From NCBI GenBank assembly GCA_024137785.1, contig JAHRHZ010000095.1:5669489-5733488 (forward strand): 64,000 nt of DNA. Direction: 5' to 3'. Below the pieces are notes generated by a model. It did no database searches. It was not told where the DNA came from and saw nothing but the letters and a program-made list of their open reading frames with translations. The translations under genes and the position numbers were made by a program. The stretch is from Ginglymostoma cirratum. Taxonomy: Eukaryota. Shown here in pieces: positions 52,405-64,000 of the stretch (positions are counted from its first letter, which is position 1; each line of letters opens with the position of its first letter).

Positions 52405-52804
52405 NNNNNNNNNNNNNNNNNNNNNNNNNNNNNNNNNNNNNNNNNNNNNNNNNNNNNNNNNNNNNNNNNNNNNNNNNNNNNNNNNNNNNNNNNNNNNNNN
52501 NNNNNNNNNNNNNNNNNNNNNNNNNNNNNNNNNNNNNNNNNNNNNNNNNNNNNNNNNNNNNNNNNNNNNNNNNNNNNNNNNNNNNNNNNNNNNNNNNNNN
52601 NNNNNNNNNNNNNNNNNNNNNNNNNNNNNNNNNNNNNNNNNNNNNNNNNNNNNNNNNNNNNNNNNNNNNNNNNNNNNNNNNNNNNNNNNNNNNNNNNNNN
52701 NNNNNNNNNNNNNNNNNNNNNNNNNNNNNNNNNNNNNNNNNNNNNNNNNNNNNNNNNNNNNNNNNNNNNNNNNNNNNNNNNNNNNNNNNNNNNNNNNNNN
52801 NNNN
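52405..52804. other. Assembly gap (400 N)
   Basis: Run of N between inverted Penelope-type arms. Confidence 0.99.
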
Positions 52805-52831
52805 TGATGAAGGGTTTAGGCCCGAAACGTC
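52805..52831 (+). ncRNA. Minimal type I hammerhead ribozyme core (Penelope-associated)
   Basis: (C)UGAUGA-A-GGGU(UUAG)GCCC-GAAA-C-GUC; C3 and the stem I 5' arm fall in the gap. Confidence 0.58.
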
Positions 52832-53783
52832 AAGTTTTCCTGCTCCTATGAGGCTGCTTGACCTGCTGTGTTCATCCAGCCCCATGCTTGTTATCTCATA
52901 TGTTTGCATCCACCTTCCTGCACGATTAAACCTCAGCGTCTTATCATCTGCAACCACTCTCACTCTCCCGGATCCTCGCAGACTAACCGTGTTCGAGTTT
53001 CCAGGGGTATTTTAAGCACTTTCCTCTCCAAAATCCATTTCTGTGGCAACATAAGTGATGTGGGCCTTGCGTCCAGGTAGAGGTGCTGATTAGCTTTCTT
53101 TAAGACTCTAATTCCCTTTTATCTTGGAAGTAAACAAACATTATTGATACTTCTCTGTGATTTTGGAGACTCGCAGTCTGTCTATTGTTAGCACATAGCC
53201 TGCTGCCATGGTCTTCATGGGCAAAACCTTGTACCGACTTCCCTATAAAACAATCTGAACCCCCCGTTTAATCCCTAACAGTCAAACTGTCAGGACTCGC
53301 TGTCAAGCAGACACAGAACAGGTTATTTAACTGTCTTAATTTTGTCTTAAATTAAAGTCACAGTCCAAAACCCCATAGTTGTAAGCAATTGGACTAGGAC
53401 ATTAGAAGGAGTTAATTCTCTCTCAAAGATACAAAAAAAAATGAAGTTTTGTTGTGAATTGCCTTGTTCTAAGTACCGTTTACTTGACCTATTTGTGGAA
53501 TTTTGATTTGCAATGGCACAAAACTACTACTTTTATCCTGACCTCACTTTCTTAGATTTAATAATTCGGAATGTGTGTTTTGAGATCCCACTGCACCAAC
53601 ATTGTCTGCTCCCATTTTTTTTCATGAGGTACGATCTTGCTTTTAAAACGTTCCCTCAGCCTTCTGTTATCAAAGCAGTTGTGAGAGCAGTTTATTCCCA
53701 GCCTGTATGTTGAGGCTTTCAAACAGGGCTAACTTCTCAACAAAACAAATAACTTAAAAGGTCAATTTTGTTTCTCTTTGCAG

Positions 53784-53892
53784 AGAAGAGATGAGTGTTT
53801 GTGCTTCTCCAGAGTCATTACAGCTAAAAGGGTCAGCAGATGTGTGCAATAAACAGTCCACATCAACAGATCGGGGCGAGTCTACAGAAAAG
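53784..53892 (+). CDS. Candidate extra CLIP2 exon 2
   Basis: Strong acceptor ttttgtttctctttgcag and donor AAG|gtcagt; open in phase 2->0 as (R)EEMSVCASPESLQLKGSADVCNKQSTSTDRGESTEK. No recognised homology. Confidence 0.45.
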
Positions 53893-54374
53893 GTCAGTAA
53901 CTGTCTCTGAAAACATTTTTTTTTAACTGCCATCATCAGGCCGTCCCCCTGGGAACTGTCAAGATTTGAAGGGAATCGGGAAGATGTTGGAAAATGATGG
54001 GGGTATTGACAAGTAATGGTCACAGGATATCAAGTTTTGGTGTTGGAAACTCTTTGTTGCTGGAGAATGAGAAGGCAAGGGTGAAGAATTCCACAGTGAA
54101 TTAGGGAAGAGGGAGTCTTGGTGGATAAATGCTGCAGTGATGTGGCTGGAGTAAGAACAGTGTTCAGATATCAGAAAGAAGGAATCTTATAGGTTCGGAA
54201 GCTCAATGACCATTGGATGCATAAAGAAGATGGATAAGAAGATGGACAGAGAGAGAGAGAGAAACAAGATAATTTTCATTCCTCTTTTATTTTGCATTAG
54301 AACTGCTAAAAGTCCGGAGTGGTTGAGACCTTAAGACAACGAAGAAGGAAATTTGTTCCCCGTCTTCTTGTTTA

Positions 54375-54695
54375 GGGGCGGCATGGTGGCACAGTGGTTA
54401 GCACTGCTGCCTCACAGTGCCAGGGTTCAATTCCAGCCTCGGGGCGACTGTCTGTGTGGAGTTTGAACATACTCGCCGTGCCTGCGTGGGTTTCCTCCGG
54501 GTGCTCCAGTTTCATACCACAGTCCAAAGATGTGCAGGTTAGGTGGATTGGCCATGCTAAATTGCCCGTAATGTTCAGGGAGGTGTAGATTAGGTGGGTT
54601 GTGGGGGATGGGTCTGGGTGGGATGCTCTGAGGGTTGGCATGGACTTGTTGGGCTGAAGGGCCTCTTTCCACCTTGTAGGGATTCTACGATCTAT
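54375..54695 (+). mobile_element. HE1-like V-SINE
   Basis: Full head, V-domain and tail. Confidence 0.9.
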
Positions 54696-55199
54696 GATAT
54701 ATTGAGCCAGTCGGGGAGCAGCACTTATAAGGCTGGTGTATTCTTCCTAATGCCTAGCCTTCAGACAGATCCCTTCAATGCCAGGTCTGTTGGCCATCAT
54801 TTACATTTCATTGGTATTATCAAATACCCACTGCTCAAAACAAACTTGTTGAGTTATAGTTTCTGATTTTGGTGCGGTGTGGCGATTAGCGAGTGCCAGG
54901 TGACATAAAAAGATTAACACTTCCCTTTCCTCAGTCAGAATCTCAGCCTAACTTCAGATTTAAAAGAGCTCACAAGCAGCCTGAGAGGAAGATTGTGCAC
55001 AAGGAAGGAAATAGCGAGAAATAAACTTGTACATCTCCAGGTGCTGTTCAAATCCAGATGCATCAAGCTCTGAATCCAGGTGCTGTCGTGGTGGCAAATT
55101 CCTACATACAGCAGCTTGTGTTTTACCCCTTATCTCTCCTATTCTCATCAAACCATGGCTATTCTCTGCAGCTTATTGTGTTTCTGTGTGTGTTCATTA

Positions 55200-55960
55200 C
55201 TACAGAGTTATACAGCATGGAAACAGACCCTTGGTCGGTGTGGATTAGTTGGACCCATGTTCCCAAACTAAACCAGTCCCACCTGCTTGCGTTTCGCCCA
55301 TACCACTCCAAACCTTTCCTAATCATGTACCTGCCCAAATATTTTTTAAATGTTTTAACTGGACCTGTATCCACCACTTTCGTTGGCAGTTCATTCCACA
55401 CATGAACCACACTCTGTGTAAATTAGTTGCACCCCACCATTTCCTTTTGAAATCCTTCTCCTCTCACCTTAAAAATATGCCGCCTAGTTTTGAACCCTAG
55501 GGAAAAGACCCCTGTCTTTCACCCTGCCAATGCCCCTCATGATTTTATAAACCTCTATGAGATCATCCCCCAACCTCCTATGCTCCAGTGAAAGAAGTCC
55601 CAGCCTTTACAGTCTATTTTTATAAATCAAACCTCCCATTCCCAGTAAATCTTTTCTAAACGCTCTCCAGTTTAATAATATCCTTCCTATTAGCAGGGTG
55701 ACAATGACTGCACACAGTACTCCGGAAGAGGCCTTGCCAATGTCCTGTACATCTCAACATGACGTCCCATCTCCTATACTCAAAGGACTGAGCAATGAAG
55801 ACAAGTGTGATAAACATCTTCTTAACCACCCTGTCTATCTGTGACGCAAATTTCAAAGAATTATGTACCTGAACCTCTAGGTCTCTCTGTTCTACAACAT
55901 TACTCAGACCCCTATCATTAATTGTTTCAGTGCTGCCCAAACTCCATTTGCCCCTTCTCG
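55200..55960 (-). mobile_element. CR1 LINE 3' fragment with internal deletion
   Basis: ORFs 55159..55410 (VWNELP) and 55656..55940 (EQRDLEVQVHNSLK). Confidence 0.88.
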
Positions 55961-57546
55961 CTGTTATAATATAATATGGTTAATTAAAATCACAGAGGGA
56001 AAATAAATAATGAAGAAAATGGGAAAATAAAATGCACAGTTTTGTTAATGTACCTGGTGAGTGTGTCTGAATCGTTAATTCCCAGAGTGTTGGCTAACTT
56101 GCATTTGGACTTGTGCATGGGAGAGACCACAGGGAGCAGTATTCCAGAATGGAGGAGATGGGAGAGAATTCAGACTGCGTGAAGGTGATGGCAAATATAT
56201 CTTGAGGACTGGGGGGACAACCGCAGAAGCAGACCATATTCCGGAGAGCTGGAGGTTCTAAGAGTGGGCATGAAACTCTCATCTCGGGGTAGCTGTGAGG
56301 AAGATTTGAATTGGCAGCCAATCATTTTGAACAAGTCCAGGGCATTGCCATATATGTGCTACTGGTAGCCAGAGAGTACGGTTCTCTAGCTTACAGCTCA
56401 TTTGCTTACAATAAACTCACTCTCTGCACACTTCCACTTCAAATCCTTTGTAAACTTTCTGATCACATCTAGTGGATCTGACAGACTTTAATCCCCATAA
56501 TACAGGATCAGCAAACAAAAGTAGAAATTGTTGGGAAAACTCAGCAGGTCTGGCAGCATCTGTGCAGAGAAATCAGAGTTAACGTTTCAGGTCCGGTGAC
56601 CAATATCCGTGAAAAGGCTTCGGTGACAATGGGTAGTGTGCCTGCAGTGCTGAGTCACGGACACTAGATGGCAGGAGGGGACCCCTGTGATAACACTTGC
56701 CTGGAAAGAATATTAAAAGGCTATTTCCAATTTTGTGGTCTGGGTGTCGGGAAGGGTGTTGGAGCTGACACTGGGTTGTGTGGAATGAAGGAAACCTCCA
56801 CTCCCAACTTCGAATGCAAGTTATTACTAACAAATCAATAATAATTTTGACAACTACCTGCTCCCGCAGCTTATAAAAAATAATGTGCTGAAGAAAAGAA
56901 AGTTATCATTAGCTTTCCCCACTCGCAACAGGCTATAAGTCATGGCTCAGCCAGTACCAGCAAAGATCCTATAGGAATTAAACTGGGACATCGCTCTGTT
57001 TGCCCCAACAAAAACAAGCCTCACCCAAACATGAAGATTTCCCCTAAATGCCTCCCCAGTGTAAGCCCTTCTTTATAACAGGGACATCCCTCTTCTGGGT
57101 CATACTCTCCACACCTCCACTGGGGTATTGACTCCATCGATCCGTCACCAAATAACACACAACTCACCCCCACCCCCAACCTGCACTTGCCCCTCCTCAC
57201 CACATATCCAACACCCCACAGTGTTTTACTCTCTTCCACCCTTCCCACCTTCCCTTTCCTCTTCCTCTCCCCTCCCCACTAGCCAACACTCAAACAGGGC
57301 AACAGTCCCCCCTCCCCATAGAGAAATATCTATATTACCTGACACACAGGGGCCTAGGATCTAATGCTGTGACTTGTTTTTGGCTGTGATTGAGCAGGTA
57401 GGGCTGGATTCTCCGTTCATAGTGAGTTAAATGAGATGGATTTCCCCTGAACCTGCAACTCCAGAGGTGGTGCATACCTTTCCCAATGTATTTTTTCTCT
57501 TCACTCCTGTCTGTCCCTCTCTCTCTCTCTCTCTCTCCAACCCCAG

Positions 57547-57558
57547 GCCCAGCACTGA
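57547..57558 (+). CDS. CLIP2: CLIP2 terminal coding segment AQH*
   Basis: (CT)n tract plus ccccag acceptor, then GCC CAG CAC TGA; parallels the 3-residue xxH* ending (DKH*) recalled for mammalian CLIP2; phase 0. Confidence 0.8.
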   Translation, partial: AQH

Positions 57559-58811
57559 TGCAAGAGGCGTTTGCGAATGGGACAAGTCAATCGTTTACCG
57601 GTTACCGTCTTGTGCACTTGCAGACAGCTGCCCCAGCTTGAAGACTCGTGTTTATCTGACTGCATCCTATCACTGATAGAGCTTGGAGTTCTAAAGCCCT
57701 TGTGTCATCCCTGCAGCCGTGTTAGGAGAGCGGTGCTTCAGGACTCAGGCAGTTTTGTACTGTCAGTTTATCCACCTTGCTGCAAGTCAGACTTTTAAGG
57801 GAATGAACATCACCCAAAACTGTGGGATAACATTGTCCTGGTGACTGAACTTTTGTTTTTCATGCAAGCAGAGCAGTACATGACATTGGGCTTTCAGAAG
57901 AAGTGTTTCGGATCAATGGGTTTGCATTAAGTAGTATTTAATATCTCAGAACAAATCTGCATAACATCTGTACTCATTCAGGTTGGAATTCTCTTGTTGA
58001 TCACCAGCCTGTCTGCAGGTTCCCTTCCATCCGTGTTCCCAAGCTTTGAAATATCAGTAGGACAGTCACAAAGTTGAGGTTGAGACACGCTTTTCAGAAA
58101 AATGGGAGAGACAGCACTCTACTGAAACACTGATGAGACCCAGCCCAAACCAGTCAATATTCTCCTGCTTCCTGTTTCAGGTAGCAAACATGAAGTTTGT
58201 TTGGCTGTCTGCAAATAAAATCCCTTCTTAGCTTTGGACCACGGATTTGAGGCACTTTGTTGGGTTGGAGCAAGCCTGCTCCTCCATTCAGTAAGAGCAT
58301 AGCTGGTCTAATAACTCCACTTTCCTGTCCAGCTCTGATAACCTTCCACCCCTTTACTTGTCAAGAATATTCCTGTGTCAGTCTTAAAAATATTTGAGCA
58401 TTTCTTTTTCTGCCGTCTTTCGGGGAAGAGAGTCCCAAGGATTCTTGCCCTCTGTGAGAAAAAAAAATTCTCCTCATCTGTGTTTTAGCTAAAGCCCAAT
58501 GTGTTCAGGGTCTGTTTGTGGGGAACTTGGATGCATCCCAGTCCTGATGTCTGTCATCATTGCTGAAGGTAGTTTTCAGCTTCCTGAGTGCTCAAAAAAA
58601 ACTCCATCACTTGCTTGAAACCGAATGCAGAGTTGCCCCTCATGTTCAGATTTGATGTGTGACAGCAAAAAAGTGGTAAACTCTTACATCAAATTATTTA
58701 AAAGTCACAGTAAATAGGAGAGGAAGAGTCATTTCTTATTTGATTCTTAAAACACAGTGTGCTACCCCACCCTGTTCGTCCACTCCAGCTTCAAGGTCTA
58801 TCATTTTTTTT

Positions 58812-59164
58812 CTTTATTCATTCACAGGATGAGAGTGTTGCAGGCTAGGCAGTATTTATTACCCATCCCTAATTGCCCAGAGGGCAGTTAAGAGTCAGCT
58901 GCATTGCTGTGGGTCTGGAGTCACATGTAGGCCAGACCAGGTAAGGATGGCAGTTTCCTCCCCCAGAGGATATTAGTGAACCAGGTGGGTTTTTCCAACA
59001 ATCGATAATGGGTTCTTGGTCATCATTAGACTCTTAATTCCAGATATTTATTGAAATCAAATTCCACCATCTGCTGTGGCGGGATTTGAACCCAGGTCCC
59101 CAGAACATTACCTGGGTGTCTGGATTAATAGTCCAGCAATAATACCACTAGGCCATTGCCTCCC
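58812..59164 (-). mobile_element. Second-family SINE inside the probable 3'UTR
   Basis: Reverse complement of 26801-27157. Confidence 0.82.
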
Positions 59165-60079
59165 TAAATCACCTTCCCTGTCAGATCAAGCTCAGAGCCT
59201 TCGTCAGGTTCACAGTGGGACAAACAAAGATCCTGTGAAATTTATTGCTTCTCAGGGCCAGTGGTATATTTTTAGAAATGTTTTTTCTTAAGTATTTTCA
59301 TTCCATGTAGCCCTGAGACAGGCTCTACTGTCTGAGATATCCAGGGGTAAAGAATCACATTATTAGTTTGAAATTAAAATTAGACACTAAACAAAAATAC
59401 CAAACAATGCAAAATTGCTTAGATTTGTTCACTTAGCTTAAGTCAAAGTTCAGATATGATCCTTGACCCAAACTGTTGTCCAAAGTTGCAAGAACATAGA
59501 CCCAGCTAATGCACCACACGATAGAGTTATTTAATTTTTATTTAAAAGGAATAGTTTAAGTATTGTATTGTTTAAGAATAGATACAATCATTTTAGCTTT
59601 TTTTTAGGAAATATTCCCATTTTTGGTCAGTGTTTTGTACTGGTCACAGTGGGGAGTGTTAGTGTTGGAGGAAAATTAACCCTTTACATGCAACCATTGT
59701 TATCAAGCACTCCAATGTCAAATGTAGCTCACTTAGATCCAGAGTAAAGCTACCTGTACTCTGCCCCCAAGAACTGTGCCTCAAAACAGTGCCCCTGCAA
59801 TCGGCCATTCTTCAGTAAATGAGTTGGATTGCCAGTTTGGTATTGAGGTCTGACGAAAGTATGTTTTAACTTCCTTCTCCATTTGAGCTTCTTTGCTATG
59901 TATCTTTCTTCAAGCTTCAAAGATGGGAGGCAACTCCTCATTCTCTTACCAGCCCTGACTTTCAGCAAAGTACTGTACCCTCCACAAGATCATGCCTGGT
60001 TGCATGAAGAGTTTTTAAAAAAGTGTCCCTTGCCTGGAGTGTCTGAAGACCTGTTTTGTCCTTCCCACTAACGTGGCAG

Positions 60080-60367
60080 AGATTCATAGAATCCATACAG
60101 GTGGAATCAGGCCCTTTGGCCCATCGAGTCCACGCCAACCCTCCAAAGAGTATCCCACTGAGAGCCAACCCCCTACCTCTGCACTTCCCAGGGCCAATCT
60201 GCCCAACCTGCACATCTTTGGACTGTGGTAGGAAACCAGAGCACCCAGAAGAAACCCACGGACACACAGGGAGAGCGTGCAAACTCCACACAGATAGTTC
60301 CCCAAGAGTGGAATCAAACCCAGGTCCCCAGTGCTCTGAGGTAGCAGTGCTAACCACTGTGCCACCA
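60080..60367 (-). mobile_element. HE1-like V-SINE inside the probable 3'UTR
   Basis: Reverse-oriented head, V-domain and tail. Confidence 0.86.
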
Positions 60368-62920
60368 CGGTGGAAGCCCGTTGAAGGTCATGGCAGCAAA
60401 TCTGCCTCCTCTAGTTTTCCCTTTCCAAGACAAAGCAGGATTTAATGAGGAAATATGGAGACAATTCCCTGTGTCAAACGGCTGCAATTTATACAGGTAG
60501 GGATGTGGAATTAAATTCTTTGTGTCTTTTTCCAGCAAGGATTCTGAACTTGATTCAGTTAAAAATAGAATTTTAAAATAATGGCTTTTTTATTTAAACC
60601 AAAAGTTAAATTTAAAACAATTTTAATGTCAAAATTTCAATTAATCTCATCTCAATGGCCGTTTGTGGGAGAGAATTCCTGTTTTCACTACCATTTATTA
60701 GGAGCAATTGCAGATCATTGCCCTTGCTCTAAATGTAACGTTGTGCCTAATCCTTGCTCTGACCCCCTTCCGCAGGTAATGATTTATTTCCACCCATCCT
60801 AGCGGCTTGTTTTAATCATAAACAAAAACAGAAATTGCTGGAAAACTTCAGCGGGCTGCACCGGTAAAGTGAAATCAAAGTTAATGTTTCACTGTAAACA
60901 TCTCCTCCTGAGGGATGTAGGAATGTTTTCACCACTTTATTGTAACTAAGGGTCATATTCCCCCTGCCAGCCTTGCACAAGAAGTCTACCCAGGGCACTG
61001 ACAGTGAATTGATTCCAAACCAATTAAATTCAAACATAATGAAATCTTATTCATAAGTTCTTACCCTGGCCACATTTTGGCTTCCACATGTTTCCCTGGG
61101 AACAATAATCCGGGATGAATGGGATGTTATGTAGGTTTAATTCAATGATGTGGATGTAGGTTGATATTTAAATTGCAAGATTTATTTTGATTGCCTTTCC
61201 AGTCAAAATGTGAATTAGTTAACCATAGTAAACTAAAGTGCACTAATCAGAGTAGACCTCGTAAATGTTCCATTAGCAAAGTAACTGTAGAAAAACGGAT
61301 CCCATTTCTCTCTCGCCTTGTATATGGCCTGTTCAGGGTAACAGACCTCTATTTGTCTAGCCGCTTCTTCGCCTGCTATTCCCCACTCTTGGTACAAAGC
61401 ACTAAGATTGTCACAAAGCATTGTCCTGTCTCATTTCCAAATGTTGCATTGCCACACGTGCACACACACACACATATATATAGATATACATATATATGTA
61501 AAATATAAAACTGTATAAAATCAATCTGTTCTGTGACTGTTCGGTTCTCCGTAATGTAACAAACATCAAATACCCCAGTGGGCAGGCTGCAAGTGGTAGC
61601 TCGCTGAGAGAGATTATTGGGTGGCAGAGTGAGCTGGTACAGGCTGATTGGTTATCAGGTTCTGTGGCTAGAACCATGCGGATTGGGCCTATTGACTCCA
61701 GGATCATTCATAAACAATATAGTAGCCTCGCATGAAATATCTAATTCTATTCTGAGTTGACTATCTGTAACAACAATAAAAGACAACAAATAGGAGTAGG
61801 CAGTGAGGAACTGTGGGTTACTGATTTGATCATTCATTACTGTAAATATAAAGGTGGTTTCGAAGACATTTTCTTTCCTGAGGAGTGTCATTTTGTATGA
61901 AAAGGAGCTTTGCAAATCCACACTCTTTTTGTAATGAGGTTATGAAATGTTTCCCTTGCCCTCCCCTCCCTCTGCCTGGGTTCCATTTACATCCCCCCCC
62001 CCCACTAGATGTTGGCAAGTTACATCTCCCTGGTAGCCATAAGGAGGAACGTAATGTGTCTCGGTAGGACAGCATTTCCCATCTAGCTCTTGTGGGCACA
62101 GAAATACAGCTGGCAATTAGGCCTCCCACACCTCATCCACTGCTCACCACTTAAGGTTGAGGTTGAGGAGACACCTGCTCTAAGCCTTGGTACTGCAGTG
62201 TGGCTGAGATTAGAAATTCAGAAGATCAGGGAAGGGTGAATTTGAAACATCGCCCCTCCACTCCCATCTCAATTGTAGTCTTCTAACTCTTCAGAAGAGC
62301 AAATCTGTGCCAACGTGGGCTTTTGCGACATCTACAGGATAATGAGTCATGCTCTGAACCCAATCCATGTAGATCACCCACCTCCAGCAGTTCCCAGAGC
62401 CTCCACGCACCTATTCTGATATTACCATCTTAAACAAGCTTTACAATGAGGCTGCTTGATAGAACCAACATAATCAAACCTCCAAAAGGGATTATAGCTA
62501 CACTGTAATGATTAAGACTGTCTGTGACTGATCTTTGATTCCTAAGTAAATGTGTACATAACCAGTCCACCAGGATCATTTTTCCTGAGTCAATGTAATG
62601 GGGCTGTTGAATGAATAAATGGTGCTCAAAGGTGCAGTGCATTGTGGGCATATCCCTCATCTGTATGTGGTATAGTGAAAGCAATATAGCTTTGTTAACC
62701 CATCAGATTTCCACACTGTACATAGGAAATATAAAATGGTCTCCTTGTACTCCGATACCTGTGACGCAGATTATTGTCAGACCCAACCCGAATTCCCATT
62801 TGTCGTCTTAATGTGTGGATATGGTTGTGAATATTTAATGTTTAACACTCCGTTATGGCTAATGCTGTACCCATTACAGTAAACTGCATGAAGATGTACA
62901 TGTGTTAACCTTGTTTTCAA

Positions 62921-62926
62921 AATAAA
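62921..62926 (+). promoter_or_regulatory. Candidate polyadenylation signal
   Basis: AATAAA with upstream TGTA motifs and downstream tgctgttttctttggctgcttt. Confidence 0.55.
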
Positions 62927-63682
62927 ATCAATGCTGTTTTCTTTGGCTGCTTTATTACATTGATAAGAGGCAAAGAACATCATTACCCGGGGAGGCAATG
63001 CCTTAGTGGTTTATTGCTGGGCAGTTAATCCAGAGACCCAGATAATGTTCTGGGGATGGGGATTCAAATCCTGCCATGGCAACTTTAACTCTGGCATTTC
63101 TGATTACACTGGAATGTTGTGAATCAAATCTTTGTGTAGCAGTTTGGTTAACAACTAGTCATTGGTACCAAAGGTCTTTTTCTTGATGTGTGTCTGATAT
63201 ACTTAGAAAGTCAGCAGCCAAGAGGCAAGACTGACCAAATCAAATGACTGAGCAGTCTACTTAGATAGAGACCCTGTTTGCTTCCTTACAGAGATGTGCC
63301 CCATTCTCCTAAACCCAGCGAACCTTTTCTCGGATTAGGGAAGAATTGAGGCATCAGGACCTCCATAGATAATATTTAACTGGTTAAAGTCCTGCTGTGT
63401 ATCAGACAGATGCATGGAGAAGCTTCCAGTCACTTGTCCTTCACTGGGTATTGGTCTAACCTAGACCAAGTCCCAATCACCCATCCTTCCCCACCAATTC
63501 CATTCTCACTGACTGACTTCCAGTTTGGCAACACTTCCGTTTTAAATCTCCCATCTTTCTTTAAGTCCTTTGGTGGCTCAGTTTCTGGAGAACCTCCAGC
63601 CCAATCACATTCATTTGTGTGTGTGTGTCGTGGGGAGGGGGAGAACGGGCTGCCAATTGAGACAGCCGTGGCCAATGAGATA

Positions 63683-64000
63683 GAATAGTGAAGATTAGTA
63701 GGAAGCCAGAGGATCGGAAAGTCTTTAAAAAGTCTCAAAAAGCAATTAGCAAGGGAGTAGATGAAACGTGATGATAAGCTAGCTAGTAACATATAAGATT
63801 GCAGGAGTTTTTTGTTAGATGTATAGAAGGTAAGGGAGAGGCAAGAGTAGACATTGGACCACTGGAAAATAAGACTGGAGAAGTAGCAATGAGGAAGAAG
63901 GACATGGTGGATGAAACCACTGCACAGAAGCTGGTATCCCATCACCAAGTTACCCTTTATTTAATATGTACAGTACACTGGTTGTGTTCAGCTAGCTCGG
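63683..64000. mobile_element. CR1 fragment (+) followed by the start of an LTR-like element related to 14298-14519
   Basis: KLASNI...FF.Y...K..RVDIGPLE-like CR1 ORF2 segment; ctggtatcccatcaccaagttaccctttattt. Confidence 0.55.

Larger units (their letters stand above)
52311..52897. mobile_element. Second Penelope-type element with inverted termini spanning an assembly gap
   Basis: taacaaggtgtggagctggatgaacac... left arm and ...tgtgttcatccagccccatgcttgttatc right arm; both carry hammerhead cores. Confidence 0.75.
57559..62950 (+). other. CLIP2: Probable CLIP2 3'UTR (long form)
   Basis: Follows the stop; contains AU-rich stretches and UGUAHAUA motifs; AATAAA at 62921 has upstream TGTA and a downstream T/GT-rich run; further AATAAA near 58214, 61775 and 62614. 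Confidence 0.55.

Noticed and set aside
10635-57558. Assignment as CLIP1 (CLIP-170)
   Set aside because: Diagnostic segments ([43 protein letters not shown], xxH*) are CLIP2-type, and no zinc-knuckle exons were found
59690-59860. Possible ancient Deu-domain SINE remnant in the 3'UTR
   Set aside because: Only faint resemblance by eye; cannot be supported without an alignment

Overview
Vertebrate genomic DNA, almost certainly from a shark or other elasmobranch; this is inferred from HE1-type V-SINEs and abundant CR1, Rex1/Babar and Penelope fragments. The window holds the 3' ~80% of a + strand CLIP2 (CLIP-115/CYLN2) gene. I assembled 14 coding exons by hand, from the second CAP-Gly domain (10635) to a terminal AQH* exon (57547-57558). 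All splice phases match, giving 816 aa in the window, and a probable ~5.4 kb 3'UTR ends near the AATAAA at 62921. The 5' exons lie upstream of the window. Introns are packed with retroelement debris. The most interesting observations are: (1) two phase-compatible candidate extra exons that would add 79 aa near the C-terminus; (2) a likely GC-AG intron; (3) a stop-free 99-nt in-frame intron; (4) minimal hammerhead-ribozyme cores in Penelope-derived termini, including short palindromic insertions with target-site duplications; (5) an intronic UGCAUG (RBFOX-motif) minisatellite; (6) inverted V-SINEs bracketing two exons, a circRNA-prone layout. Repeat boundaries are approximate and family names come from recalled motifs, not database searches. 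Two assembly gaps lie at 3083-3253 and 52405-52804.
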